64,000 nucleotides of DNA from Bacteroidota bacterium. GTDB lineage: Bacteria > Bacteroidota > Bacteroidia > NS11-12g > UBA955. The first letter of the stretch is position 1; every line of letters begins with the position of its first letter. Below the pieces are notes generated by a model that saw only the letters and a program-made list of their open reading frames with translations, did no database searches and was not told where the DNA came from. Below are positions 39,780 to 48,933 of the stretch, in pieces. Made by a program: the position numbers and the translations under genes. The stretch is taken from the NCBI GenBank assembly GCA_041192805.1, contig JBEEMF010000101.1:8096-72095 (forward strand). The letters are read 5' to 3'.

Positions 39780-40658
39780 TCACCATCTCCTCACTATATT
39801 AAAACCGAAACGCAGATTTTTCAATTCAAAAGAACCATTACTTTGGGTGGTAAAAAATGCCTCATTCATGGACTGAGCGTTACTCACACTCAACTGAAAC
39901 ATGTGTTTGGCTGTAAAAATCTCAAATCCTAACCCCAAATAGGGATCTTGGGGCACAGAAACATCTTTCAACGCACCAGAGGGCGATGGCATTCTTTGCA
40001 AAAACGGCTTTTGAATTTCCGCGGTTACGGCATATCGATTAGACAATTTCATTCTGCCGTAGGCACCCATCACAGCGATATCGTTCGACTCATTGGCGGC
40101 TTCAACTAAGTTCACGTGTACCAAACTCGGCGTAACTGCCAACAACAATCGATCATTCACATTTTTACTAATGATCAAAGTATTAATAAACCTCAATCGG
40201 TTTGAAAAATAGAATGGTTCCGATGAAATGCTGGCCTTTGCCTGGGTATTCACGCTGATATTGGAATACCAACTGGCCATCACATTTTCAGTATTGGTGG
40301 TATCTGTGGCCTTGCCTTTGAATTGATATTTAAAATACGCATCGGCGATTTTGTTCATGCTACTGCGCGAAACACCGGTGGTCAGTCGATTACTCAAACC
40401 AAAATCAAAACCCAAACGCATATAGCTTTGATCCAGACCATACCAGTTGTAGGCACCTGATCCAAAATTTCCAAAGCGATGCTGAATGAACATTTCTGAT
40501 TGTCCTTTGGGCAACCCTGCAGCGCCATGCATATTGATGATTCTCAAACTCTTTCTTCCCAAACTCACATCTGGAGGAAAGTATTGGGCTTTGAGTGGAC
40601 TGGCAACCAATGCCAATAACACACCAATTATCCACGCATTGATTTTACTTTTCATCAT
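39780..40658 (-). CDS. DUF5777-like beta-barrel outer-membrane protein (copy 1)
   Basis: IQHRFG, YGLDQS.MRLG, FEIFTAKHMFQ..SN and RFGFNI.R.W; signal peptide. Confidence 0.8.
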   Translation of the reverse strand: MMKSKINAWIIGVLLALVASPLKAQYFPPDVSLGRKSLRIINMHGAAGLPKGQSEMFIQHRFGNFGSGAYNWYGLDQSYMRLGFDFGLSNRLTTGVSRSSMNKIADAYFKYQFKGKATDTTNTENVMASWYSNISVNTQAKASISSEPFYFSNRLRFINTLIISKNVNDRLLLAVTPSLVHVNLVEAANESNDIAVMGAYGRMKLSNRYAVTAEIQKPFLQRMPSPSGALKDVSVPQDPYLGLGFEIFTAKHMFQLSVSNAQSMNEAFFTTQSNGSFELKNLRFGFNIVRRW

Positions 40659-40661
40659 ACT

Positions 40662-41030
40662 TTATTGAGGCGCTCCATTGCGAATCCACTTGGCGACTTG
40701 ATTGAGTTTGCATGTGACGAGTTTACCACCGGGAGGCATTACGGCATAACCGCCGCTTTGATTCATCGTCCCTTCCAAACTGCCTTTCGTTGCCACCGCC
40801 TTTACTTGGTCGTAGCTTGTCAAAGCGACCCCACCCGAAGGGCTGCTGCTGCCATGACAACCGATGCAATTCTGGTTGATCATAGGTTGAATTGTCGCTG
40901 TGTACGTTGGATTGGCGGTATCGCACACCGTATTGCCATACATTTCGGTTTTGTTATCGTAATAACAACCACTGATGGCGAATGTGAAACCCACAAACAT
41001 TATCAAAAAAGCACTTTGTAAATTTTTCAT
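40662..41030 (-). CDS. Mono-heme c-type cytochrome lipoprotein
   Basis: Lipobox AISG-C; CIGCH heme motif; distal MPP methionine; W..GA C-terminus. Confidence 0.82.
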   Translation of the reverse strand: MKNLQSAFLIMFVGFTFAISGCYYDNKTEMYGNTVCDTANPTYTATIQPMINQNCIGCHGSSSPSGGVALTSYDQVKAVATKGSLEGTMNQSGGYAVMPPGGKLVTCKLNQVAKWIRNGAPQ

Positions 41031-41037
41031 TTGACCA

Positions 41038-41688
41038 TTAATCATTGGGAGTTCCACGTTGAATCCAGTTTTTCACTTGATTGATTTCACAGGCGCTCAA
41101 TTTACTCCCACCCTTTGGCATTGGGTAATATCCATTGTGCTCCAATGAGTTCATCAAGCCTTTTGAAACCGACGCTTTCACACCAACATAGTTAGAAACA
41201 TCCACGCCCGCAGAAGGATTGCTAGTACTATGACAGCCCACACAATATTTATTCATCATTGGTTGAATGGTGCTTGCAAATCCCGAAACTGCAGAATCAC
41301 AAACACTAGCACAGTTGATTCCGTTTTTTGCACCACCAACGATCCAATCATAAATCAATTGCTTTTCAGTCTCCGATAGTTTGGTACTATTTTTTGGTGG
41401 CATTTCACCATCGGCAATAGACTCATATATTTCAGATTTATTGGGTTTGCCCTTTACGATACCATCGCTCAAAATATTTTTATAGTTGTCCAATGTATAC
41501 CCTTCCGCTGATGTCCCCGCGTCGTGACAGCCACTCATGGCACATTTCGAATTAAAAATGGGAAGAATATCGCGCTCAAAACAAATAGCCGCATTGGGGT
41601 CACCCATGGATTCGTGTTGACAAGATTGCATACCCCAAATCAGGGTTATGGACAAGGCTGCAATCACGGCAAAGTGTTTGAATTGCAT
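41038..41688 (-). CDS. Di-heme c-type cytochrome lipoprotein (planctomycete cytochrome C-like domains)
   Basis: Lipobox GMQS-C; CAMSGCH plus EMPP; CVGCH plus PMPK; F.RDI.PIF and WI..GA motifs. Confidence 0.82.
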   Translation of the reverse strand: MQFKHFAVIAALSITLIWGMQSCQHESMGDPNAAICFERDILPIFNSKCAMSGCHDAGTSAEGYTLDNYKNILSDGIVKGKPNKSEIYESIADGEMPPKNSTKLSETEKQLIYDWIVGGAKNGINCASVCDSAVSGFASTIQPMMNKYCVGCHSTSNPSAGVDVSNYVGVKASVSKGLMNSLEHNGYYPMPKGGSKLSACEINQVKNWIQRGTPND

Positions 41689-41721
41689 ATTATTAGGATG
41701 AATTATTCGTCAGTTATTAAA

Positions 41722-42264
41722 TCACTTAGCCAAAACGCAATCCACTGCGATATCAATATCGTCTGATACTGATGCCGAACTCGCAGCGGGTATTTTGATC
41801 TGATAATCTGAACATTTGATTTTGAAGTTGGCTTTCAATATAACATTATCGCCTTTCACAATCAACTTTCCAGGGACAGTAATATCCTTTGTGACACCAT
41901 GCATCGTAAATTTCCCATTTGATTCAACTGCGTATTCGCCATCTTTGGCAAAATTCACAGCGGCAATGTTTGAAATTTTTCCAACAAAATTACTGTATTG
42001 AAAGCGCGATGTTTCCATGTAATTCTCTTGAAAATGCTTCTGCATTAAACCAGATTTAAACTGAAATCCATTTACAGGGACACGGAACTGCATTTGATTT
42101 TTAGCTGGGGCAATTGCCGCCTCAACCTGCGCATTTGTTGCACTAAATTCTTCGATAGCAGTTTTGCTTTTAAAAGAGATATTACCAGCAGAAGTTTTAA
42201 ATAATTGCGCGTGCGCAAATCCAGTAATGGCCGTAAACGCTAAAATTAAGAGGGACTTTTTCAT
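41722..42264 (-). CDS. YceI family (polyisoprenoid-binding) periplasmic protein
   Basis: Signal peptide; LMQKHFQENYMET..F and G.FTMHGVTK. Confidence 0.9.
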   Translation of the reverse strand: MKKSLLILAFTAITGFAHAQLFKTSAGNISFKSKTAIEEFSATNAQVEAAIAPAKNQMQFRVPVNGFQFKSGLMQKHFQENYMETSRFQYSNFVGKISNIAAVNFAKDGEYAVESNGKFTMHGVTKDITVPGKLIVKGDNVILKANFKIKCSDYQIKIPAASSASVSDDIDIAVDCVLAK

Positions 42265-42273
42265 ATGTTTTTT

Positions 42274-42789
42274 TTATTTGATTGAATCTGAATTTTCATG
42301 ATCAACAGAACGACTAACATCGCTTTGGTTTTTTTCATGCTTTAATAAATCGCAATGCGATAAATCGATTTTCTTCTCTGCGAACAAATCATCGGCCGAC
42401 ATAGGAACTACCAAGCCATCACAAATACACTGCACCGTAACAATGTCTCCAGCAACAACTCCACTTACAACGTTATTCATGGAAACGTGGAAATTGGCAT
42501 TGACAAAAAACCCTTCTATACCAGATTTCAATTGTAAAGTAACACTAGAATCACCCACAACATCACCTACTTCGGCGGTCAATTTAACCGACTTACCAAC
42601 AAATGAAGAAAAAGTATTCGCCGCACCCGTATCCGCATCTAACTCCTTCACCCATTGATTGATATCCTTCTCAAAATCAGGATTCCCGGTAGATTTGGTC
42701 TCCGCAGGCTTGGTGTATAAATAGTATCCAATTGAGATACCCGCGATGAAAATCGCCAAAAGTGTTAGAATGATGTTCCGTTTGTTCAT
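42274..42789 (-). CDS. Membrane-anchored OB-fold protein (tRNA_anti-like)
   Basis: N-terminal TM ending GYYLYTKP; GKSV.L...V..V; GDIVTVQCICDG; L.HC; start taken at MNKRN. Confidence 0.7.
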   Translation of the reverse strand: MNKRNIILTLLAIFIAGISIGYYLYTKPAETKSTGNPDFEKDINQWVKELDADTGAANTFSSFVGKSVKLTAEVGDVVGDSSVTLQLKSGIEGFFVNANFHVSMNNVVSGVVAGDIVTVQCICDGLVVPMSADDLFAEKKIDLSHCDLLKHEKNQSDVSRSVDHENSDSIK

Positions 42790-42864
42790 AGAATTGGTGA
42801 TTTTTGCAAATAACAAATGTTGATTTGCGAATCTTGTAACAACAAATGTGCCATGAACCCCTAA

Positions 42865-44583
42865 ATGATGAAGCAACTAATTTCATTTTTCTCAGTAAGC
42901 CTATTATCGATTCTCGGATTAATCGCTCAGAATCAAGCAGATCCCCTTATTTACAGGGCTGAAAAAATCTACACGGCCGACACTGGTTTTTCTGTCGCTA
43001 CCTCAATGGTTATTTCTAATGGTGTGATTCTGTACATCGGGTCCGACAAAACGGCCGATTCGCTTTTTCCAAAGGCTCGCACAATCAATTATGGCAACAA
43101 CATCATCTACCCTGGCTTTATCGATGCGCACTGTCATTTCCTTGCCTACACCAAAGGACTGTCGCAAGCCGATTTGGTTGGCACAAAATCGGAACAAGAA
43201 GTCATCAAACACCTTAAGAAGTACGTCAAAAAGAACAAAGCGAGATTTCGTACCATTGACTCCAATCCTAAACCTTGGGTCGTTGGTAGAGGCTGGGATC
43301 AAAATGACTGGGAAAATAAAGAATTTCCAAACATGGATGCGCTTAACAAAGCCTTCCCCAACTTACCCGTTTGTTTAAGTAGAATAGACGGTCATGCCGT
43401 TTGGATCAACCAAGCTGCTATAAATACACTTCGCCTTAACCCCGATACGCTTGTGGAAGGTGGAGAGTTTATCTTCAGCAAACCCATTCCAACGGCTGAT
43501 CTCATGAATTCAGCAAAAAACCCAAATCCGGGAACATTTGCCGGTATCTGCATCGACAATGCCGCCGAAATTGTAAAAAATCAAATTCCCGACGTCCCCT
43601 ATTCCGTTTGGCAACCCTACCTCAAAACAGGGCTCAAAAACTGTCATTCTCAAGGGTTAACGCAATTGGTGGAAGCAGGAATTAAAGTAGAGGATATTAC
43701 TATGATTCAAGATCTTCAATCCAAAAAAGAATTGTCGATGCGAATCTATGCGATGCTGGCTTGCAGTGAAGAAAATCTGAGTTACGTTTCTCGCAACGGA
43801 ATGATATTAGACGACATGCTAACGGTTCGGTCAATGAAATTCTATTTAGATGGCGCGCTAGGATCTCGCGGAGCATTATTGAAAGGCGATTACTGCGACC
43901 AACTAGGTCATAAGGGTTTGCAATTGATGACAATCCCCAAGTTTGAAATGTACCAAGTCTATTTACTCAACAAGGGCTTTCAAGTGTGCGTACATGCCAT
44001 CGGGGACAGCGCAAATACTATCGCATTAAATACATTTAATAAGTATATCCCTGAAGGCTACGATGCTCGATGGAGAATTGAACATGCGCAAATTGTGAGT
44101 GGCAAGGATCAAAAGTTATTTTCCAAACGCAGCATCATTCCAAGTGTTCAGCCAACCCATGCCACATCCGATGCAGCTTGGGCCGACAGTAGATTATGCA
44201 ATACGATAAATAAAGGGGGCTACGCCTATCAAAACCTACTACGTCAATCCAAAATCATCGCATTGGGAACAGATTTTCCCGTTGAAGGCATTTCGCCAAT
44301 TCATACTTTCTATTCTGCTACGCAGCGAATGGATGCGGGAGGAAAATTGGAAAAACCGTTTATCGGAGAACAAGCATTATCGAGGAAACAAGCCCTTTGG
44401 GGAATGACATTGTGGGCCGCCTATGCCAATTTTGATGAAACCAGAACGGGCTCGCTCGAAACTGGAAAATTGGCTGATTTTGTTGTTTTAAATACCGACA
44501 TCATGACAGCCGAGCCGAGTAAGATTTTGAAAACCAAAGTAAAGGCGACATACCTTAACGGTGAAAACGTTTATACTCGATGA
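42865..44583 (+). CDS. Amidohydrolase family 3 protein (exported)
   Basis: PGFIDAHCH, GRGWDQ, DGHA, DGALGSRGA, HAIGD, RIEHAQ and GTDFP. Confidence 0.92.
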   Translation: MMKQLISFFSVSLLSILGLIAQNQADPLIYRAEKIYTADTGFSVATSMVISNGVILYIGSDKTADSLFPKARTINYGNNIIYPGFIDAHCHFLAYTKGLSQADLVGTKSEQEVIKHLKKYVKKNKARFRTIDSNPKPWVVGRGWDQNDWENKEFPNMDALNKAFPNLPVCLSRIDGHAVWINQAAINTLRLNPDTLVEGGEFIFSKPIPTADLMNSAKNPNPGTFAGICIDNAAEIVKNQIPDVPYSVWQPYLKTGLKNCHSQGLTQLVEAGIKVEDITMIQDLQSKKELSMRIYAMLACSEENLSYVSRNGMILDDMLTVRSMKFYLDGALGSRGALLKGDYCDQLGHKGLQLMTIPKFEMYQVYLLNKGFQVCVHAIGDSANTIALNTFNKYIPEGYDARWRIEHAQIVSGKDQKLFSKRSIIPSVQPTHATSDAAWADSRLCNTINKGGYAYQNLLRQSKIIALGTDFPVEGISPIHTFYSATQRMDAGGKLEKPFIGEQALSRKQALWGMTLWAAYANFDETRTGSLETGKLADFVVLNTDIMTAEPSKILKTKVKATYLNGENVYTR

Positions 44584-44656
44584 ATGAACCGAGAATTATC
44601 ATGGTCGATGAAGCCAAAGGATTTTTAGAATTGGCCCAAAAAATCACTTTTTTTGC

Positions 44657-44664
44657 TATATTTG
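44657..44664 (+). promoter_or_regulatory. -7 promoter element for tRNA-Cys
   Basis: TATATTTG 13 nt upstream of the tRNA. Confidence 0.65.
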
Positions 44665-44677
44665 CACTCCTTTAAAA

Positions 44678-44748
44678 GGTCGGATGGCCGAGCGGCTAGG
44701 CACGGGTCTGCAAAACCCTTTACAGCGGTTCGAATCCGCTTCCGACCT
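44678..44748 (+). tRNA. tRNA-Cys (GCA)
   Basis: Acceptor stem GGTCGGA/TCCGACC, anticodon arm GGGT-CTGCAAA-ACCC, T arm AGCGG-TTCGAAT-CCGCT, discriminator T; no encoded CCA. Confidence 0.96.
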
Positions 44749-44754
44749 CTTCAA

Positions 44755-44785
44755 CCAAACGCTCCTTCGGAGCGTTTGGCATTTA
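44755..44785 (+). terminator. Hairpin/terminator after tRNA-Cys
   Basis: CCAAACGCTCC-TTC-GGAGCGTTTGG followed by a weak T tract. Confidence 0.65.
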
Positions 44786-44833
44786 AACGACATCCGTCAT
44801 ATTCTGAACGTACAGAATCCCTAATTTTGTATC

Positions 44834-45253
44834 ATGGCAACGGCAACAACGAAATACTTAGGAAAACTGCGATGCAGCAATATCCACACCCATAGCGGCA
44901 CTGAAATTTTCACAGATGCACCCCTTGATAACAAAGGATTGGCATCGGCATTTTCACCCACCGATTTATGTGCATTGAGCTTAACCACTTGTATCATCAC
45001 CACCATGGCGATCTATGCAGATTTCAAAGAATTCGAAATCATCAGCATCGAAGCCGAAACAACTAAACATATGATGTCGGACCCACGAAGAATTGGTAAA
45101 ATCAGCGCCATCATCAACATCACATTGCCCTCTACCGCAACCGACAGAATGCAAGAAGGTTTAAAACGTGTGGCTCATACTTGTCCCGTTTCCAAAAGTC
45201 TACATCCAGAAATCGAACAAGACGTTCAAATCAATATTGAACTTGCGAGTTAA
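44834..45253 (+). CDS. OsmC family protein
   Basis: TDAP.DN.G...FSPTDL..SL..C..T and CPVSKSLHP. Confidence 0.92.
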   Translation: MATATTKYLGKLRCSNIHTHSGTEIFTDAPLDNKGLASAFSPTDLCALSLTTCIITTMAIYADFKEFEIISIEAETTKHMMSDPRRIGKISAIINITLPSTATDRMQEGLKRVAHTCPVSKSLHPEIEQDVQINIELAS

Positions 45254-48200
45254 CCACAACCTTTTTGGTAGCTTTCTTGTTGCCTTGGGTCACAACGACC
45301 AAATAAACACCCGCGTTCCAGTTTTCTGTATTGAAATCTATGAATTGCTGATTCAACACCCTCCTAGAATCAACCTTAGTCCCTATTACATCAAACACCT
45401 CTACCATAGCATTCTCAAGTCCTTCCCCTTGCAAACTGAATTTATTTGTCGCTGGGTTTGGATAGACATTAATCGTATTCCCAAAATCCAATTCTGAGTT
45501 TTTCAGCGCATAATTGGTAGTGAAATTATATTCAAAAAAGCTACCAAAATCGGCATTAAACGTTTTAATCAAAGCATTGGTATTGCCATTTCTCAAACGC
45601 GCAAAACCAGTCCCCTGAGCCGTATTTGCCCACCAATACAAACCATCCAAACCATAATCGTTTACAATTAACTTGTAGCAACCATTCAGGTTTAAAGGGT
45701 AAACTGTGGTTTTATTGGCAACAGTAAATGAATCGCGAAGCACCACTTTCCCATCAACATCCAACAAAGTAATTGCATTTTCCTTCGGGTAATTATTGGT
45801 TCTAAACTCAATCTTAAAATTGGCTGGCAAAACATCGGGCATCGCAACCGGAATCGAGACTTTACTATTCAAAGGATATTCATCCAACTGGCCATTCACC
45901 TCTGATATCTCGCAATGAAACACATTGTTCGCTGGCAACATCCCGTTATCCCACAAACTCCAAGTAGGCAGTGTAATGCTCACCGTGTCCAACGACGTCA
46001 ATTTTCCTGCCCAATGCCAAACCTGCTTCACCGAAGCGTTATTCGCGCAATAAGTAAATTGCAAGGTCTTGACTTCTGTTTTACCCGTATTCTGCACCAA
46101 AATCACTGGCTGAGAACAGATTGGATTGGTTTTGGAATACTCGTAATCCTTTGTCGGCTTTACCACTTGAATAATTTTTGCATCGTTATTAAAACTCAAA
46201 TCTCCATAACTAACTAACTGATGCGCAACGATATACCTGTAATCACCCGATTTCGTGGGCTGCGAAATTTCATAATCTATGGTTTCGGTTTTCCCAGGGG
46301 TCACCCACTTTGTAATTTCATGTTCGATGAGCTTTGATCGCTGCCCCGGACACCAGCCCTGACGAGGAATCAACCAAGTACCGCCTTGGGCAATCATCGG
46401 ATTTACAGAACAATCAACAACAGAATTCCAACTCATCGCATTGCCTGCCACATTCAAAGTATGGGTAATTACACCTCCATTTTGCTCAAACTCGCCATAA
46501 GAACCGTGGCCTGTGATCGTTGAGCGCAACTTGAACGACTTTGCATTAGATAACAAAGGGACGCTCATTGGAGCAAATACAGAATTATTCAAAATACTGT
46601 TTATGCCAGGGCCACCCAAACGCGCACCACCTTGCCACAACTGATTAAACTCCAAAACAGGTCGAGCTGGAGTCCCCACAATGAACAAGAATTCCATCTC
46701 CATTTGTTCCTGATTCTGTCCGCCCATGGCCACAACAAGTCGCTTATTGTCCTTAAGCAACGGCGAATAATCCGTCATATCGAGGTACCAACTTTTACCC
46801 GTCATCCCCAAATCCAAATTGATTCCGTAGGGAGTAACAAACGACACCAATTCATTAAACCATGGGAATCGCAAGGAATAATTCAACTTAGAAATATCAA
46901 TCGTCCCCTGAGTCTTATTATAAACAGAGTCTGTCAAAGCCCCATTATCGCCATTATAAACCCACGATTTCCGCGCTTCAAACAAAGAAAAACTCGAATC
47001 GATTTTCAACAAATCATGCGTCACAATTTTAGATTTAGAATTGTCAACAACCATATAACGATCGATACCATTGGGGTTTCTTACAATCGAATCTCGCTGC
47101 AAAATGTTGCTCACCGTTTTGTTATAAGTACCTGAAAGCAAGGTGATATTTGGCTTTTCGAGATAGGCTTGGAACATCCTACTCAACGCATCACCGCGAT
47201 CGTAGGTCCATTGCGTATTGACACCGTTCGATACTTTGCCTAAAGCATCATCGTAAAAAGATTTCCCTTTGCCTTCATTCATCGGGTAATACGCCACCAA
47301 ACTCGCATATTGGGGATGGGTATTATCGATGGAACGATTCATCCAGTCTTTCACCTCAGACGCCGTCAGCGCTTTGTTCCATAGGCTCAATTCATTGATT
47401 TTTCCTTTGTAGTTGTTTTGCAAGTTCTGATCTTTCCCTAAAATCATATTCATGATTGAAATGGCTTTGGTTTTGGCAGTGCCAGATAGCCAAAGGGTTC
47501 CATTGACATAGACCGACATATTGCCGGTGGTTGCATTTTTGGTAAATACCCAATGATTCCATTGTCCTTTGTATTCGGAGGCCGTTGCCGCTTTATTGAT
47601 TCGATCAAAACCACCCGATGCAAATCCGCAATCAAAATATACGTTGGCATCGGACCATGGGAAGTGAATATTCAGCTGACGTTGATTTGGATCAGCCGCC
47701 CATCCGTAAATCACAGAGGTATTGGTTGGCAAAGCCTTGTTATCACCCAACGACCAGAATGCGATGGAAATTTCATTTTTGATAGATGATAATTTTGATG
47801 CTTCAATTACGATATGGCCGTTGGAAGAAAAATCAACCGCGTAATTGTTATTGGCCGCCAGTAAGCAAGTGGTAGTATCGGCATATCCTTCCAAAACAAC
47901 AGGATTAGTACCCACTGAGTTGGTGAATGAAAATTCGATCAGCACATTGCTTTTCCCATCCCAAGTGAACGGGGTATGAAATACGATTTTATTTTCACCG
48001 GTAACAAAATTGAAAGAATTGCTATAGGTCTCGGTAAAGGCTGTTAACACCGGAGCATTGGCATCCAACTTGGTTAGTGCCGTGTGCTGTATTTGTATTT
48101 TAAGGAAATTGGCATCCCCTGCGCTGAGGGCTTTGAGAATAAAACCTTGAATATCGCCGGCAGAAAAGCCAGCAGCTAACAATTCTTCGGCTCGGTATAA

Positions 48201-48719
48201 AACCTGTGTTTTACCCGATTGCTTGGCGGTATTTAAGGCTTTATAAATACTCAAATTCCCTTTGCCTACGGAGTATTTGGTCTCGTTTGAAACAGAATTG
48301 ACCGTTACTTTTTTGAGGTTATAATCGTAGTAATCGCAAATTGGTTTGTTGGTATAATTGAAAGTGGTCCCCGCAAAGTTCGATATCACATATTTGGACG
48401 CTGTTTGGGCCAAGGTTTCAATTTTACTGGAATCCACCAAAAACGTGTTACAAGAATAATCCCATTCGCCGCAGCCTTTGTTTCGATTGCTCCCATCAGA
48501 CATCAACCCATTTTTACAACGCATGTTGTATCGTAGGATGATCTTTTCAAACGTGAGATTGCCCTTGGGAAAATAGGCCATCGTGTCCCGGGTATTTGAG
48601 GCATAATGAAATGTCTTCACCCGTATGGTATCGCCCGGTTGCTGGGCAAAAATCCGGAAAGGGATCAACGATGATACGAAAAGTATTACAACAGCGATTT
48701 TGGAAAGCTTAACAGTCAT
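45231..48719 (-). CDS. T9SS-secreted peptide-N-glycosidase F-related protein with an internal LamG domain
   Basis: CGEWDY, ELVSFVTPYG, ITGHG, QGGTW..RQGWCPG; LamG WNHWVF..GKINELSLW; CTD VYPNPA. Start at ATG 48719 because the ORF-track TTG lies in a TACTTTTG -7 element (48747-48754). Confidence 0.82.
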   Translation of the reverse strand: MTVKLSKIAVVILFVSSLIPFRIFAQQPGDTIRVKTFHYASNTRDTMAYFPKGNLTFEKIILRYNMRCKNGLMSDGSNRNKGCGEWDYSCNTFLVDSSKIETLAQTASKYVISNFAGTTFNYTNKPICDYYDYNLKKVTVNSVSNETKYSVGKGNLSIYKALNTAKQSGKTQVLYRAEELLAAGFSAGDIQGFILKALSAGDANFLKIQIQHTALTKLDANAPVLTAFTETYSNSFNFVTGENKIVFHTPFTWDGKSNVLIEFSFTNSVGTNPVVLEGYADTTTCLLAANNNYAVDFSSNGHIVIEASKLSSIKNEISIAFWSLGDNKALPTNTSVIYGWAADPNQRQLNIHFPWSDANVYFDCGFASGGFDRINKAATASEYKGQWNHWVFTKNATTGNMSVYVNGTLWLSGTAKTKAISIMNMILGKDQNLQNNYKGKINELSLWNKALTASEVKDWMNRSIDNTHPQYASLVAYYPMNEGKGKSFYDDALGKVSNGVNTQWTYDRGDALSRMFQAYLEKPNITLLSGTYNKTVSNILQRDSIVRNPNGIDRYMVVDNSKSKIVTHDLLKIDSSFSLFEARKSWVYNGDNGALTDSVYNKTQGTIDISKLNYSLRFPWFNELVSFVTPYGINLDLGMTGKSWYLDMTDYSPLLKDNKRLVVAMGGQNQEQMEMEFLFIVGTPARPVLEFNQLWQGGARLGGPGINSILNNSVFAPMSVPLLSNAKSFKLRSTITGHGSYGEFEQNGGVITHTLNVAGNAMSWNSVVDCSVNPMIAQGGTWLIPRQGWCPGQRSKLIEHEITKWVTPGKTETIDYEISQPTKSGDYRYIVAHQLVSYGDLSFNNDAKIIQVVKPTKDYEYSKTNPICSQPVILVQNTGKTEVKTLQFTYCANNASVKQVWHWAGKLTSLDTVSITLPTWSLWDNGMLPANNVFHCEISEVNGQLDEYPLNSKVSIPVAMPDVLPANFKIEFRTNNYPKENAITLLDVDGKVVLRDSFTVANKTTVYPLNLNGCYKLIVNDYGLDGLYWWANTAQGTGFARLRNGNTNALIKTFNADFGSFFEYNFTTNYALKNSELDFGNTINVYPNPATNKFSLQGEGLENAMVEVFDVIGTKVDSRRVLNQQFIDFNTENWNAGVYLVVVTQGNKKATKKVVVNSQVQY

Positions 48720-48933
48720 TCTGATATATAAATATTGTATATCGCTCAAAAGTACTGCGTTAACGAAGTGTTTCCAAATGTGATTTTTTAATTCAATAAA
48801 GCTAGATGTAAAGTAGTGTCTTCGCTTAAATTTGAACCCAAAAAAACATTTATTTGAGTGATGTTTAACACATTAGTTAAGCATATTTGATTTCACCTTG
48901 TGTGAGGGGTCAGTTTAAGTTTGATTATTGCTA

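Noticed and set aside
44653-44895. 80-aa ORF in the track
   Set aside because: It overlaps the tRNA-Cys gene and its downstream hairpin, so it is spurious.
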